NCBI GenBank assembly: GCA_964409875.1
Contig: CAYPEN010000002.1
Coordinates: 338,630-402,629, forward strand
Direction: 5' to 3'
DNA: 64,000 bases
Source of the DNA: an uncultured Gammaproteobacteria bacterium
GTDB lineage: Bacteria > Patescibacteriota > Microgenomatia > Levybacterales > GWA1-39-11
The position numbers and the translations under genes were made by a program. The notes under the pieces were generated by a model. That model saw only the letters and a program-made list of their open reading frames with translations. It made no database searches and was not told the DNA's origin. Positions within the stretch are counted from its first letter, which is position 1. Each line of letters starts with the position of its first letter. Shown here one piece after another: positions 9,771-18,554 of this stretch.

Positions 9771-12659
9771 ATGTTCGGAAACTTATTTTCAACCAAAAAA
9801 TACGGAGAGGAAGAAGAGGGGCAAAATCAAAATAACTCGCAAAGTGGCAATCAAGTCGGACAACCAACTCCTCAGGCAATTGTGGAGAGTCCGACTACGG
9901 CTCCTGGTATGGACCCGGTAAAGCGGCAAAACGTTGAGAGTCTTACTCATCTTGATGCCCGTGCAAATTTAGTCCTTCAACAGGCGCAAAATGAGGCAAA
10001 AAGAGCAAAACTTCCACAGATAGAGCCCGATGTTGTTCTGTTGGGCTTGTTGTACGACAAGGAGGTATACAAGACACTTCAGGAGTTTTCGATAAATGTG
10101 GGTGATTTGGCACGCGAGCTTCAGCAGAAGCAGACCCCGGGAACTTTTGAGGGAACGCCAATTTTGTCTCCCACCTCACAAAAGATATTTGATGATGCAT
10201 TTACTACCGCCAAAAATAGAGGGTCGAGCTTTATAACACCTGAAGACATATTACTTTCTCTTTTCAACGCCGACTCCACAGCACAGTATCTTTCGACGAA
10301 GGGTATTCAAAAGGAAGGTGTTGAGAAAAATCTTTCAAAAAACCCTACATTCCAAGCAGCAGGAAAGAAGTCAGTTCTTGAACAATTCGGCATTGACCTT
10401 ACTGAGGAGGCAAAATTAGGGAAATTGGACCCTGTGGTGGGACGTGACAAAGAGATTGAGCGGCTTACCCATATTCTTCTCAGACGCACAAAGAATAATC
10501 CTATCATAATTGGAGAGGCAGGAGTTGGAAAAACTGCAGTTATCGAAGGATTATCACAAAACATTGTTAATGGAACAGTGCCTGACCAGCTTAAGAACAA
10601 GAAAATTATCGAACTTGATTTGGCAGCACTTATCGCCGGGGCGTCTCATAGAGGAGAATTTGAGGAACGGCTTAAAAATGTAATAAAGGAAGTGCAAATT
10701 TCAGAGGGAAAAATTCTCCTCTTTATTGATGAAATTCACACGCTTATTGGAGCTGGCGAACAAGGTGGAGGTGCGATGGATGCATCAAATATTATAAAAC
10801 CTTATTTGGCGCGAGGCCAATTGCAGCTTATCGGCACAACTACGACTGCGGAGTTCCGGAAATACTTTGAAAAAGACAAGGCGTTTCAAAGGAGGTTTCA
10901 ATCGGTGATAGTTGATGAGCCGGATGAGGAAACCGCGATGAAGATGCTCGAGGTTCTGAAAGACAAATACGAGAAATATCACACAGTCACCTTAACACCT
11001 GACGCGATAAAATTCTCAGTAACTCTCTCCAAAAAATATGTTGGGGAGCGCTATCTGCCGGATAAAGCAATAGACCTTCTCGATGAAGCTGCAGCAGAAG
11101 TAAAGCTTAAGCACGCACAAGGACAACGTCAGGACACAGAGGTTAAGAGGGCTGATATTGAAAAAGTAGTTTCCGATTGGACAGGAATTCCTATCACCCG
11201 TCTTACCGAAGATGAGGGAAAGAAGTTATTGCAACTTGAAGATTTGATACATAAGCGCCTTATTGACCAGGAAGAAGCAGTTGCTGTGGTTTCGGAGGCG
11301 GTAAGACGCGGGAGAATTGGGCTTGCTGCAGCAAATAGGCCGATAGCCTCATTTATTTTCCTCGGTCCGACCGGGGTTGGAAAAACAGAGCTTGCCAAAA
11401 CACTGGCTGAGATACTTTTTGGCAGGGATGATGCAATGGTTAGACTGGACATGTCCGAATACATGGAAAAGCATGAGGTTGCAAAACTTATCGGCGCACC
11501 TCCCGGATACGTTGGATATGAAGAAGGTGGACAGTTAACTGAAGCGGTGCGTGCAAAACCATATTCCATTGTGCTTCTTGATGAGGTGGAAAAGGCGCAC
11601 CCGGACGTTTTCAATATTTTGCTTCAACTGTTGGAAGACGGTCGGCTGACGGATAACAAGGGTAATACGATTTCTTTCAAAAATACGATTGTGATTGCAA
11701 CTTCAAATATTGGAAGCACAACTATTCAGGAGGCTTTGATGAATGCAAAGCAGGCCGGCGAAAAAAAGGCCGTGTCCGACATAAAATCTGCAACATCTCA
11801 GTCGGTTGCAGCGGCTCCTACACAGGTGTCTTCCGTAGTAGTACCTGCTGTTGGTGTTTCCCCAAATGAAACCCCGGCGGTTACTACCTCCCAGGGAGGC
11901 GTGGTAGGTTCCGGTGGTGCAGTTACTGCCGTTCCAAAAGTTGCGGGGCAGGATCCGGCAATGCAAAAAATCTTTGCAGAGCTTTCTAAAAAACTTATGG
12001 AAGAGCTGACGAAATTTTTCCGGCCGGAACTTGTTAACCGTTTTGATGGAGTAGTTATTTTCAAGCCTTTAAGAAAACAAGATATGAAACAGATAGCTGG
12101 AATAAATATCGGTAAAACTGCAAAACTTCTAAAAGAGCAAGGGTTTGTTCTTGAAATTTCAGATAAAGCCCTTGAGAAATTAGGAGATGAAGGATTCGAC
12201 CCAGTATATGGGGCGCGTCCTTTAAGGCGTCTTATCCAAAATGCAATTGAAAACCCGATAAGTATTGAGATTATAGGTCAGAAATTCATAGCAGGAGATA
12301 CGATAAAGGTAGATTATGATGAGGCAAAAGCGGAATACACTTTTATAAAGGCGGTTACCCAGCCGCAGCCGGGCGCAGCAACTCCTGCCGGACAAATACC
12401 ACCGTCTCCCAATCAGCCAGACGTTTCACCTACGCCGGGAACATCAAATGCTCAACAAGGAGTTGTAAATGGAGTTACTCAAGGAACTGCTCAGCCTACG
12501 GGTATGATTGCAGATCCGTATACGCCCGTGCAAAATCCGCTTACTCCTCCACCATTTAACCCATTTACGGCAGATGGTAGTGCCACTACAACAGTTCCTC
12601 AGCCAACCGTTGGAACAGATGGAACGCAAATGCAGCCGGATTCCACTCAAACACAGTAG
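9771..12659 (+). CDS. ClpC/ClpB-family AAA+ chaperone (two ATPase modules, Clp_N repeats, short ClpC-type linker) with low-complexity insertions
   Basis: NBD1 Walker A GEAGVGKTA and Walker B LLFIDEIHTLIGAG. NBD2 Walker A GPTGVGKTELAK and Walker B IVLLDEVEKAH, plus the GARPLRR sensor 2. An Ala/Val/Thr-rich insert at 11760-11960 and a Pro/Gln/Thr-rich C-terminal tail at 12360-12659 are not typical of Clp ATPases. Confidence 0.85.
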   Translation: MFGNLFSTKKYGEEEEGQNQNNSQSGNQVGQPTPQAIVESPTTAPGMDPVKRQNVESLTHLDARANLVLQQAQNEAKRAKLPQIEPDVVLLGLLYDKEVYKTLQEFSINVGDLARELQQKQTPGTFEGTPILSPTSQKIFDDAFTTAKNRGSSFITPEDILLSLFNADSTAQYLSTKGIQKEGVEKNLSKNPTFQAAGKKSVLEQFGIDLTEEAKLGKLDPVVGRDKEIERLTHILLRRTKNNPIIIGEAGVGKTAVIEGLSQNIVNGTVPDQLKNKKIIELDLAALIAGASHRGEFEERLKNVIKEVQISEGKILLFIDEIHTLIGAGEQGGGAMDASNIIKPYLARGQLQLIGTTTTAEFRKYFEKDKAFQRRFQSVIVDEPDEETAMKMLEVLKDKYEKYHTVTLTPDAIKFSVTLSKKYVGERYLPDKAIDLLDEAAAEVKLKHAQGQRQDTEVKRADIEKVVSDWTGIPITRLTEDEGKKLLQLEDLIHKRLIDQEEAVAVVSEAVRRGRIGLAAANRPIASFIFLGPTGVGKTELAKTLAEILFGRDDAMVRLDMSEYMEKHEVAKLIGAPPGYVGYEEGGQLTEAVRAKPYSIVLLDEVEKAHPDVFNILLQLLEDGRLTDNKGNTISFKNTIVIATSNIGSTTIQEALMNAKQAGEKKAVSDIKSATSQSVAAAPTQVSSVVVPAVGVSPNETPAVTTSQGGVVGSGGAVTAVPKVAGQDPAMQKIFAELSKKLMEELTKFFRPELVNRFDGVVIFKPLRKQDMKQIAGINIGKTAKLLKEQGFVLEISDKALEKLGDEGFDPVYGARPLRRLIQNAIENPISIEIIGQKFIAGDTIKVDYDEAKAEYTFIKAVTQPQPGAATPAGQIPPSPNQPDVSPTPGTSNAQQGVVNGVTQGTAQPTGMIADPYTPVQNPLTPPPFNPFTADGSATTTVPQPTVGTDGTQMQPDSTQTQ

Positions 12660-12670
12660 ATAAGTACCCT

Positions 12671-13213
12671 ATGGACAACAACCAACCAGAAATTGTGCAA
12701 CAACAATCAATTCCTGTCCCTCCGCCTGTTCCGCCCCCGGGAATACCGCCTTCCGGCAAGCAAAAAAAATTGCTACTTATTGTTGGTGTAATTATTGTAG
12801 TATTAGCTATTATTGCGGTATCTGTTGTCTTTTTCATTTCAAAGAAGACACCTGTGGTGGTTATTCCCTCGCCCACGCCATTTCCGACAACGGCTATCTC
12901 AACACCTACTACTAGCCCTACGTCAGCAAATCCAGCCATCGAACTCGTGCTTACAAAGGGGAAAGTTGTTAGTGTTCCAAATTCTCCACTCACTATTGTT
13001 TACAAAGGGCAATCGGCACCAAACCCTAAGTGTGTTGATTGTTCCACGACAACAAATATTGTTGTTACAAGCCAAAAAGTTGATCAAAAGTTAAGCTATG
13101 TTTGTGGAGGGATAGCGGGAACATGTACAGAGAAGCAGTCAGCCTATGGATATAATGTGACTCTTGTAAAAGTAGACGAAGCAATTGCAACCGTAAAAAT
13201 CCAAAAACAATGA
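12671..13213 (+). CDS. Single-pass membrane protein with Pro-rich N-terminus and small extracytoplasmic domain
   Basis: 180 aa. PPVPPPGIPPSG, then a TM helix (LLLIVGVIIVVLAIIAVSVVFFI), then a Thr/Pro-rich linker and a C-terminal domain with 3 Cys. Its stop overlaps the M4 protease start (ATGA). Confidence 0.5.
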   Translation: MDNNQPEIVQQQSIPVPPPVPPPGIPPSGKQKKLLLIVGVIIVVLAIIAVSVVFFISKKTPVVVIPSPTPFPTTAISTPTTSPTSANPAIELVLTKGKVVSVPNSPLTIVYKGQSAPNPKCVDCSTTTNIVVTSQKVDQKLSYVCGGIAGTCTEKQSAYGYNVTLVKVDEAIATVKIQKQ

Positions 13214-15195
13214 ATGAAAAATTTAAGGAAAAATCCGAACGGTCACTTTCCTATGCGCGCCAATTTCTCTCTGTCCATAAATTTGGATTAATTTTTCTTT
13301 CTGTTCTTCTTCTTTTTGCGGTTCTTACAATAATTATCCTTGCCGGTTTGCAAAAGAAAATTTCATTACCGAATGTAGATCTGTCATCCTATTCAAATGT
13401 TACAAAAGAAGAAGGGAGAACAGTATTCTCTCTTTCTACAAAAAAGGATTACATTTATAAGTCGGATTCGAAGAGAGGCTTGGATGCTGCTCAGGAATTC
13501 CTCGACCTGAACCCTTCTCTACCGGAGGGTTCCCTCTTCCCGAAAAATTTTTCAAAGAACACCGTTGTTACAAGACAAATTTCGGATAAAAACGACACAT
13601 ATCTTAAAAAAAACAACATAGCGCTTTCTAACGAGCATTATTTCTTCAATCAAACCATAAATAATATTCCGGTGTATGGTGCAGTTGTAACGGTTCATAT
13701 AAAAAATGGGAATGAAGTATATGCAACGAGCGGTAATATATCGACAAATACAACACGAACGGTTCAGAAGATAACCGATGGGAAAGCCAAGGAAATCGCA
13801 TTGTCTGAAGCAAAAAAAGAAGTAATTTCAGGAGAGCTTACCGTTAAAACGACGAAGAAATATTACATCAACGAACGCTTGATGGGTTTATCAAACAATT
13901 CTGTTAACCGTTTCGTTTTAGAAGTCGAGGTGGAATCAATAGGAAAGCCTGTTGTTTTCAGGACTCAATATTTTGTTGATTTGGAAAACGGTACCATTCT
14001 CTACACAGAGTCCCAAACAAGAGATGCCCTTGATAGAAATGTTTATAACTGCCAGGGGGGAGGATGCCCTTTGCAAAGACAGGAAGGAGGAGGTGCCGTA
14101 ACGGATAATGATGTGAATAATGTCTATGAGTACTTTGGGACAGTCTATAATTACTTTTTCAATACGTACAGCAGGGATAGTTATGATAATGCTGGAGCGC
14201 CCTATGACGGATATGTTCATGCATCAAATGGCATGTCAATGCATGGTGTTCCGGTTCAATGTCCAAATGCATTCTGGAATGGATATGAAATGGTTTTTTG
14301 CTCAGGCCTTGTGCTTTTAGATGTAACAGGTCACGAGTTAAGCCATGCACTGACAGGGGAAACTGCTGGACTGCAATATCTTCAGGAATCGGGAGCGCTT
14401 AACGAAGCAGTTTCAGATATTTTCGGAAGTGCAATGGATAATAATTGGGACATTGGAGAAGGACTTCCTCCAGGGCTTGGTCTGCCGGTTCCGCTCCGTT
14501 CGATGAGCAATCCTCCGTCACGAAATAATCCTGATAAACTTTCTTCATCCTTGTTTTATTGTGGAGCACCCGATAGTGCACACGACTACGGAGGGGTTCA
14601 CAAGAATAGCGGGGTCATTAATAAAACCTTTTTTCTTATGACTGATGGGGGTTCATTTAATGGATGTACGATAAATGGAATTGGAAGGCCGAAATCTCAC
14701 CCCATTGTGTACCAAGCGCTCACCAAATATCTTGCGCCGACGTCGAATTTCAAAGATGTATACACGACGTTTATGCAGGCATGCTCCGACCTGTATGGTT
14801 CTTCGTCATCAGAGTGCGACAATGTAAATCGTGCAATGCAGGCAACCGAACTCGACCAACAACCGCAAGGAATGCCTCAAAGCCCGGTATGTTCCGGTCA
14901 GCCACTCCAACCTGCAACCTGTTCAGCAGCTGGAACTCCTCCCGCAAATCCAACATCAAGCACAACCCCGAGCGTTTCACCATCTACAACTGCCAGTCCG
15001 ACAGTTACCACGACAATATCTCCTACATCAGCACAGAGTCCAACTGCTACTCCGACACCGATTGGAGGAGGGTATCAGCAACATGGAACACCTACACCTA
15101 CCCCTGACCAATATTTTACATGTAAGCCTGACCCCGGTTGCGCAAAAAGCGGTAAAAATATTCAACTTTGTCCTCTTTTGTGCTCACCACAGTAA
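13210..15195 (+). CDS. Membrane-anchored M4 (thermolysin-like) zinc metallopeptidase with Thr/Pro- and Cys-rich C-terminal region
   Basis: HELSHA (HEXXH) followed ~20 residues later by NEAVSD (ExxxD), as in the thermolysin family. N-terminal TM anchor. C-terminal TTPSVSPSTTASPTVTTT linker and a Cys-rich tail. Confidence 0.75.
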   Translation: MNEKFKEKSERSLSYARQFLSVHKFGLIFLSVLLLFAVLTIIILAGLQKKISLPNVDLSSYSNVTKEEGRTVFSLSTKKDYIYKSDSKRGLDAAQEFLDLNPSLPEGSLFPKNFSKNTVVTRQISDKNDTYLKKNNIALSNEHYFFNQTINNIPVYGAVVTVHIKNGNEVYATSGNISTNTTRTVQKITDGKAKEIALSEAKKEVISGELTVKTTKKYYINERLMGLSNNSVNRFVLEVEVESIGKPVVFRTQYFVDLENGTILYTESQTRDALDRNVYNCQGGGCPLQRQEGGGAVTDNDVNNVYEYFGTVYNYFFNTYSRDSYDNAGAPYDGYVHASNGMSMHGVPVQCPNAFWNGYEMVFCSGLVLLDVTGHELSHALTGETAGLQYLQESGALNEAVSDIFGSAMDNNWDIGEGLPPGLGLPVPLRSMSNPPSRNNPDKLSSSLFYCGAPDSAHDYGGVHKNSGVINKTFFLMTDGGSFNGCTINGIGRPKSHPIVYQALTKYLAPTSNFKDVYTTFMQACSDLYGSSSSECDNVNRAMQATELDQQPQGMPQSPVCSGQPLQPATCSAAGTPPANPTSSTTPSVSPSTTASPTVTTTISPTSAQSPTATPTPIGGGYQQHGTPTPTPDQYFTCKPDPGCAKSGKNIQLCPLLCSPQ

Positions 15196-15240
15196 AAATA
15201 GAGCTGGCAATTGGGAGCTCAAACTGCTAAAATACACAAT

Positions 15241-15351
15241 ATGAGTTCTGACTACTACAAGGTTTTAGGAGTATCCAAAACCGCGACGGCGGATGAGATA
15301 AAGCGTGCATACCCTGAGCGGAGCGAAGGGAAAGCTCGGAATAATAATTAA
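15241..15351 (+). pseudogene. Relic duplicated 5' end of dnaJ (36-codon ORF encoding J-domain helix I-II, then unrelated residues and stop)
   Basis: Translates to [36 protein letters not shown]. The true dnaJ starts 2 nt later in another frame with [23 protein letters not shown]. Amino-acid identity is about 70% over 24 residues, but codon usage is strongly divergent (GC-richer upstream copy). Confidence 0.45.
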
Positions 15352-15352
15352 C

Positions 15353-16216
15353 ATGAATGATTATTATAAAACATTAGGTGTTTCAAAGAATGCAACGGCA
15401 AGTGAAATTAAAAGTGCTTACAGAAAGCTTGCCGTGCAGTACCATCCGGACAAAAATAAGTCCAAAGAGGCTGAAGAGAAATTTAAAGAGATAAACCAGG
15501 CGTATGAGGTCTTGGGAAACCCTCAAAAAAGGCAGCAATATGACCAATTTGGTGCCGCTGCTTTTGAAAATGGAGGGCGTGGAGGAGCGGGTGGACCTTT
15601 CGGAGGTTTTGGAGGTCAAAATGGTCCGTTCAGTTATACCTATACGACCAATGGGGCTGAGGGATTTGATTTTGGCGGATTTTCTGACCCCTTTGATATT
15701 TTTGAGCAATTTTTTGGAGGGGGGGCACCTTTTGGAAGACGAAAACCATCGTATTCTTTAAGAATTGATTTTATGGAAGCGGTCAAGGGAACGACAAAAA
15801 CAGTTTCATTAGACGGAAATAAAAAAGATATAAAAGTTCCAGCAGGAGTGAATGATGGGTCACGCATTCAATTTAGTGATTTTGACATTATTATCACAGT
15901 TGCCCCAAGCTCAAAATTCAGACGCGAAGGGTACGATATCGTAACAGAAACAAAAATTCCTATGGCAGAAGCTGCCCTTGGTGGAATTGAGGAAGTTGAG
16001 ACAATTGATGGGAAGGTAAAATTAAAAATTCCGCAAGGAACGCAGCCGGGGACGCTTATCCGCATTAAAGGAAAGGGAGTAAAGCATGTTAATAGTGCTA
16101 CCCGGGGAGACCATTATGTAAGAGTGCAAATCGATATTCCTAACAAGCTTTCATCACGGCAAAAAGAACTCTTGGAAGAATTTATGGATGAGTCAAAGAA
16201 GCGGCACTGGTTTTAG
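15353..16216 (+). CDS. dnaJ: DnaJ-class co-chaperone without zinc finger (CbpA/type II-like: J domain, G/F region, C-terminal substrate-binding domains)
   Basis: J domain with HPD (YHPDKNK), a Gly/Phe-rich region ([14 protein letters not shown]), no CxxCxGxG repeats, and a conserved C-terminal beta domain. Start taken at the MNDYY ATG, in frame with the ORF-track 15305 ORF. Confidence 0.8.
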   Translation: MNDYYKTLGVSKNATASEIKSAYRKLAVQYHPDKNKSKEAEEKFKEINQAYEVLGNPQKRQQYDQFGAAAFENGGRGGAGGPFGGFGGQNGPFSYTYTTNGAEGFDFGGFSDPFDIFEQFFGGGAPFGRRKPSYSLRIDFMEAVKGTTKTVSLDGNKKDIKVPAGVNDGSRIQFSDFDIIITVAPSSKFRREGYDIVTETKIPMAEAALGGIEEVETIDGKVKLKIPQGTQPGTLIRIKGKGVKHVNSATRGDHYVRVQIDIPNKLSSRQKELLEEFMDESKKRHWF

Positions 16217-16223
16217 TTGGTGT

Positions 16224-16257
16224 AATTGACTTTTGTTCGGAATTACTTTTTAATTAA
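16224..16257 (+). terminator. Possible rho-independent terminator after dnaJ
   Basis: GTAATT...AATTAC stem with a 13-nt loop followed by TTTTT. Weak. Confidence 0.3.
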
Positions 16258-16272
16258 TTTGCGTCTTTTTTT

Positions 16273-16680
16273 ATGAGTTCAACTCCCAATAATTCCTCGT
16301 TCGGTATGCATCTTATGATAGATGGGTATAATTGTGCAAAGCAGCCTCTTGAAGATGCTAACCTTCTCTATAAAATGCTTGATACCCTTCCTACAACAAT
16401 CGGCATGACAAAAATGACCAAACCGTATTTAGTGTTCACTGAGGGCAACAACATAAAAGACCCTGGAGGGTGGAGTGGGTTTGTTCTTATTCAAGAGTCA
16501 CATGTGAGTATACACACCTTTGTTAAACGCAAATTCTTTACCTTCGATTTATATTCTTGTAAAGAATTTGACGCCAATATCGCGATAGACTATCTCAAGA
16601 AAATGTTCAAAACCGATGAAATGGATATATCAATTGAAGAGCGCGGAAAAAAATATCCGTCTGAAAACCTCGAAGATTAG
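16273..16680 (+). CDS. speH: S-adenosylmethionine decarboxylase proenzyme (pyruvoyl-dependent, SpeH/SpeD class)
   Basis: Self-cleavage site motif ESHVSIHTF (E-S cleavage), 135 aa, typical of the small bacterial/archaeal AdoMetDC. Confidence 0.75.
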   Translation: MSSTPNNSSFGMHLMIDGYNCAKQPLEDANLLYKMLDTLPTTIGMTKMTKPYLVFTEGNNIKDPGGWSGFVLIQESHVSIHTFVKRKFFTFDLYSCKEFDANIAIDYLKKMFKTDEMDISIEERGKKYPSENLED

Positions 16681-17576
16681 TGAATAAGCCAAATTCCGGC
16701 AAACATAAGAGACATAAGAATAATTTTTTTTGTTAGCCCCCCCTTAGAAATATCCTCATGGAAAATTTTGGGAGCAACAATTGTTAAAACAAATCCATAC
16801 AGAATTCCGTAGAAAACTTGAGTTCCACCCAAAACACTGACCAATGCAACAGGTCCAAGTGCAATTGCAAGGAATGTTATAACTTTAGAAATGATAAATA
16901 TGAACTCATTCAAAAACATGATACCAAGAACTTTTGTGCCTACGGTTTTTGTTGTTTTTAAGAATGCCTTTCTTACTGTTGGAAAAATTAACCAAAGGAT
17001 GAGTCCGCCCAGTGCAATTCCCCAACTCTCATAGCTAAATATTTTTGTGAAGGAATCTGCCGTAATTGCAAACTTCAAAATGATATTAGCAAGTGCAAAA
17101 AAAACATCCGAAATAAGAACCAGATAAAAAGCCGAGTCAAATTTAAACTTCCTTTTTTCTTTATTAATTGAGAGAGCAAGCACAGACAGAAGCACCATTA
17201 AAAACCCCATAAATTGACTGCCATTAATCCTTTCCGATAAGAAAATAAATGATAGTGCGAAGGTAATAAGAGGTATCAGTTGAAATAAACCGATGACATA
17301 ACTTGTCTGGCTTTTTGAGAGTGCGTTGAAATAGAGGGCATACCCAAAAAGAGTCAAAACGCCGGTTGATATGACGAGCACTGCATCAAAAAGGGGAAGA
17401 AAAGGGAAGCCGACAGCTACCCAAAAAAGCGTTCCGACAACAAGCCCTACGATAGAGCCATAAATAGGCATCCCACGGTAGTCTTTTACTTTGTGCTCAA
17501 CTACATATTTATCTACAAAATTTACGACCGTATAAACGGCAGGTGCAAGAAGAGCCAAATAAAGCCAATTATTCAT
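16677..17576 (-). CDS. EamA/DMT-superfamily transporter (10 TM)
   Basis: 299 aa with two tandem ~5-TM halves. Assigned by general topology and composition, with no specific motif. Confidence 0.55.
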   Translation of the reverse strand: MNNWLYLALLAPAVYTVVNFVDKYVVEHKVKDYRGMPIYGSIVGLVVGTLFWVAVGFPFLPLFDAVLVISTGVLTLFGYALYFNALSKSQTSYVIGLFQLIPLITFALSFIFLSERINGSQFMGFLMVLLSVLALSINKEKRKFKFDSAFYLVLISDVFFALANIILKFAITADSFTKIFSYESWGIALGGLILWLIFPTVRKAFLKTTKTVGTKVLGIMFLNEFIFIISKVITFLAIALGPVALVSVLGGTQVFYGILYGFVLTIVAPKIFHEDISKGGLTKKIILMSLMFAGIWLIH

Positions 17577-18492
17577 TAATTTCTACAGTGTATTTCTTTA
17601 GATATTTTATCGGATTCCATTGTTTCTTTGCATATTTTAATCCCGGTATTCCCAAATCTTGTTCGATGTTCATATATTGATACTCCATATTCCATAGATG
17701 TTTTGCAAGACAATTGTTAAGAAATACATACACTTCTTTATATTGTGGATTACTTTTTGCGAAATGAACAACCGCATATTCACTACCAATAAGTTCTGCG
17801 ACTATAAATCCCAAATAATTCCCTTTATATTCGGCAGCCACAATAATAGGAGAAAACAAATGCGCATGGTATAAAAACCGTTCCAAGGCTGTCAACTCAT
17901 GTTGCGTTTCATTCCTTTCTTTTCCTCTTCCTTTTTCCCATGTGTAAAAAACGTCTAACAAAATTTCATGTGTCTTTTTATCAGACGCATCAAGAATAAC
18001 CGGTAGGCATTCCGGATAATTCTTTTCAAACCGGTTAAGGTGGTTCTTCTGTGTATGAAATTTAGTTGTAGCAAGGGAACTTACTTCTTGAGTGGATAGT
18101 ATATAGTCAAAGTTATCCTCGTCTTCTGATACCTTATATTTTTTGGATTCTTTAAGATTGTTTGCAACGATGTGAGGAATGAGTTTAAGAATTCCAGGCA
18201 ATTCTTGTGTGATACTATGCTCGAGTAGGGTATGTGTAGTCCTAACTGGTTCATCATTTCCCATGAAAGAAAAAAAATATTCGGAAGTGACATAGTCCTC
18301 AAATTTGACGACAAGGTTATTATGAAGTTGTGCAATTTCCATTTTTTCTTTGGTGTTATAGCACCACATAGATGCAAAATTGTAGTCGGAGTAGGGTTCG
18401 AAGCTATCTAAAAAAGGTTGGAGTATTGAATGGTCTTGCAGCATGAGCGGTTTGAGCTCAGGAAATACAGGAAGATTTCGTAATAAATTCAT
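17569..18492 (-). CDS. DUF2156-like protein (resembles C-terminal aminoacyl-phosphatidylglycerol synthase domain of MprF); free-standing, cytosolic
   Basis: 307 aa. The C-terminal region YMNIEQDLGIPGLKYAKKQWNPIKYLKKY resembles the MprF tail (...NMGMAPLS...GLRAFKEKYKPEW...YLAY). No TM helices. Assigned from memory of the family; moderate. Confidence 0.4.
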   Translation of the reverse strand: MNLLRNLPVFPELKPLMLQDHSILQPFLDSFEPYSDYNFASMWCYNTKEKMEIAQLHNNLVVKFEDYVTSEYFFSFMGNDEPVRTTHTLLEHSITQELPGILKLIPHIVANNLKESKKYKVSEDEDNFDYILSTQEVSSLATTKFHTQKNHLNRFEKNYPECLPVILDASDKKTHEILLDVFYTWEKGRGKERNETQHELTALERFLYHAHLFSPIIVAAEYKGNYLGFIVAELIGSEYAVVHFAKSNPQYKEVYVFLNNCLAKHLWNMEYQYMNIEQDLGIPGLKYAKKQWNPIKYLKKYTVEINE

Positions 18493-18554
18493 GATTATTG
18501 ATAGTATATCTTACCTTTCTTGACAAGTGACACGCAACATTCCATACTAAAAAT

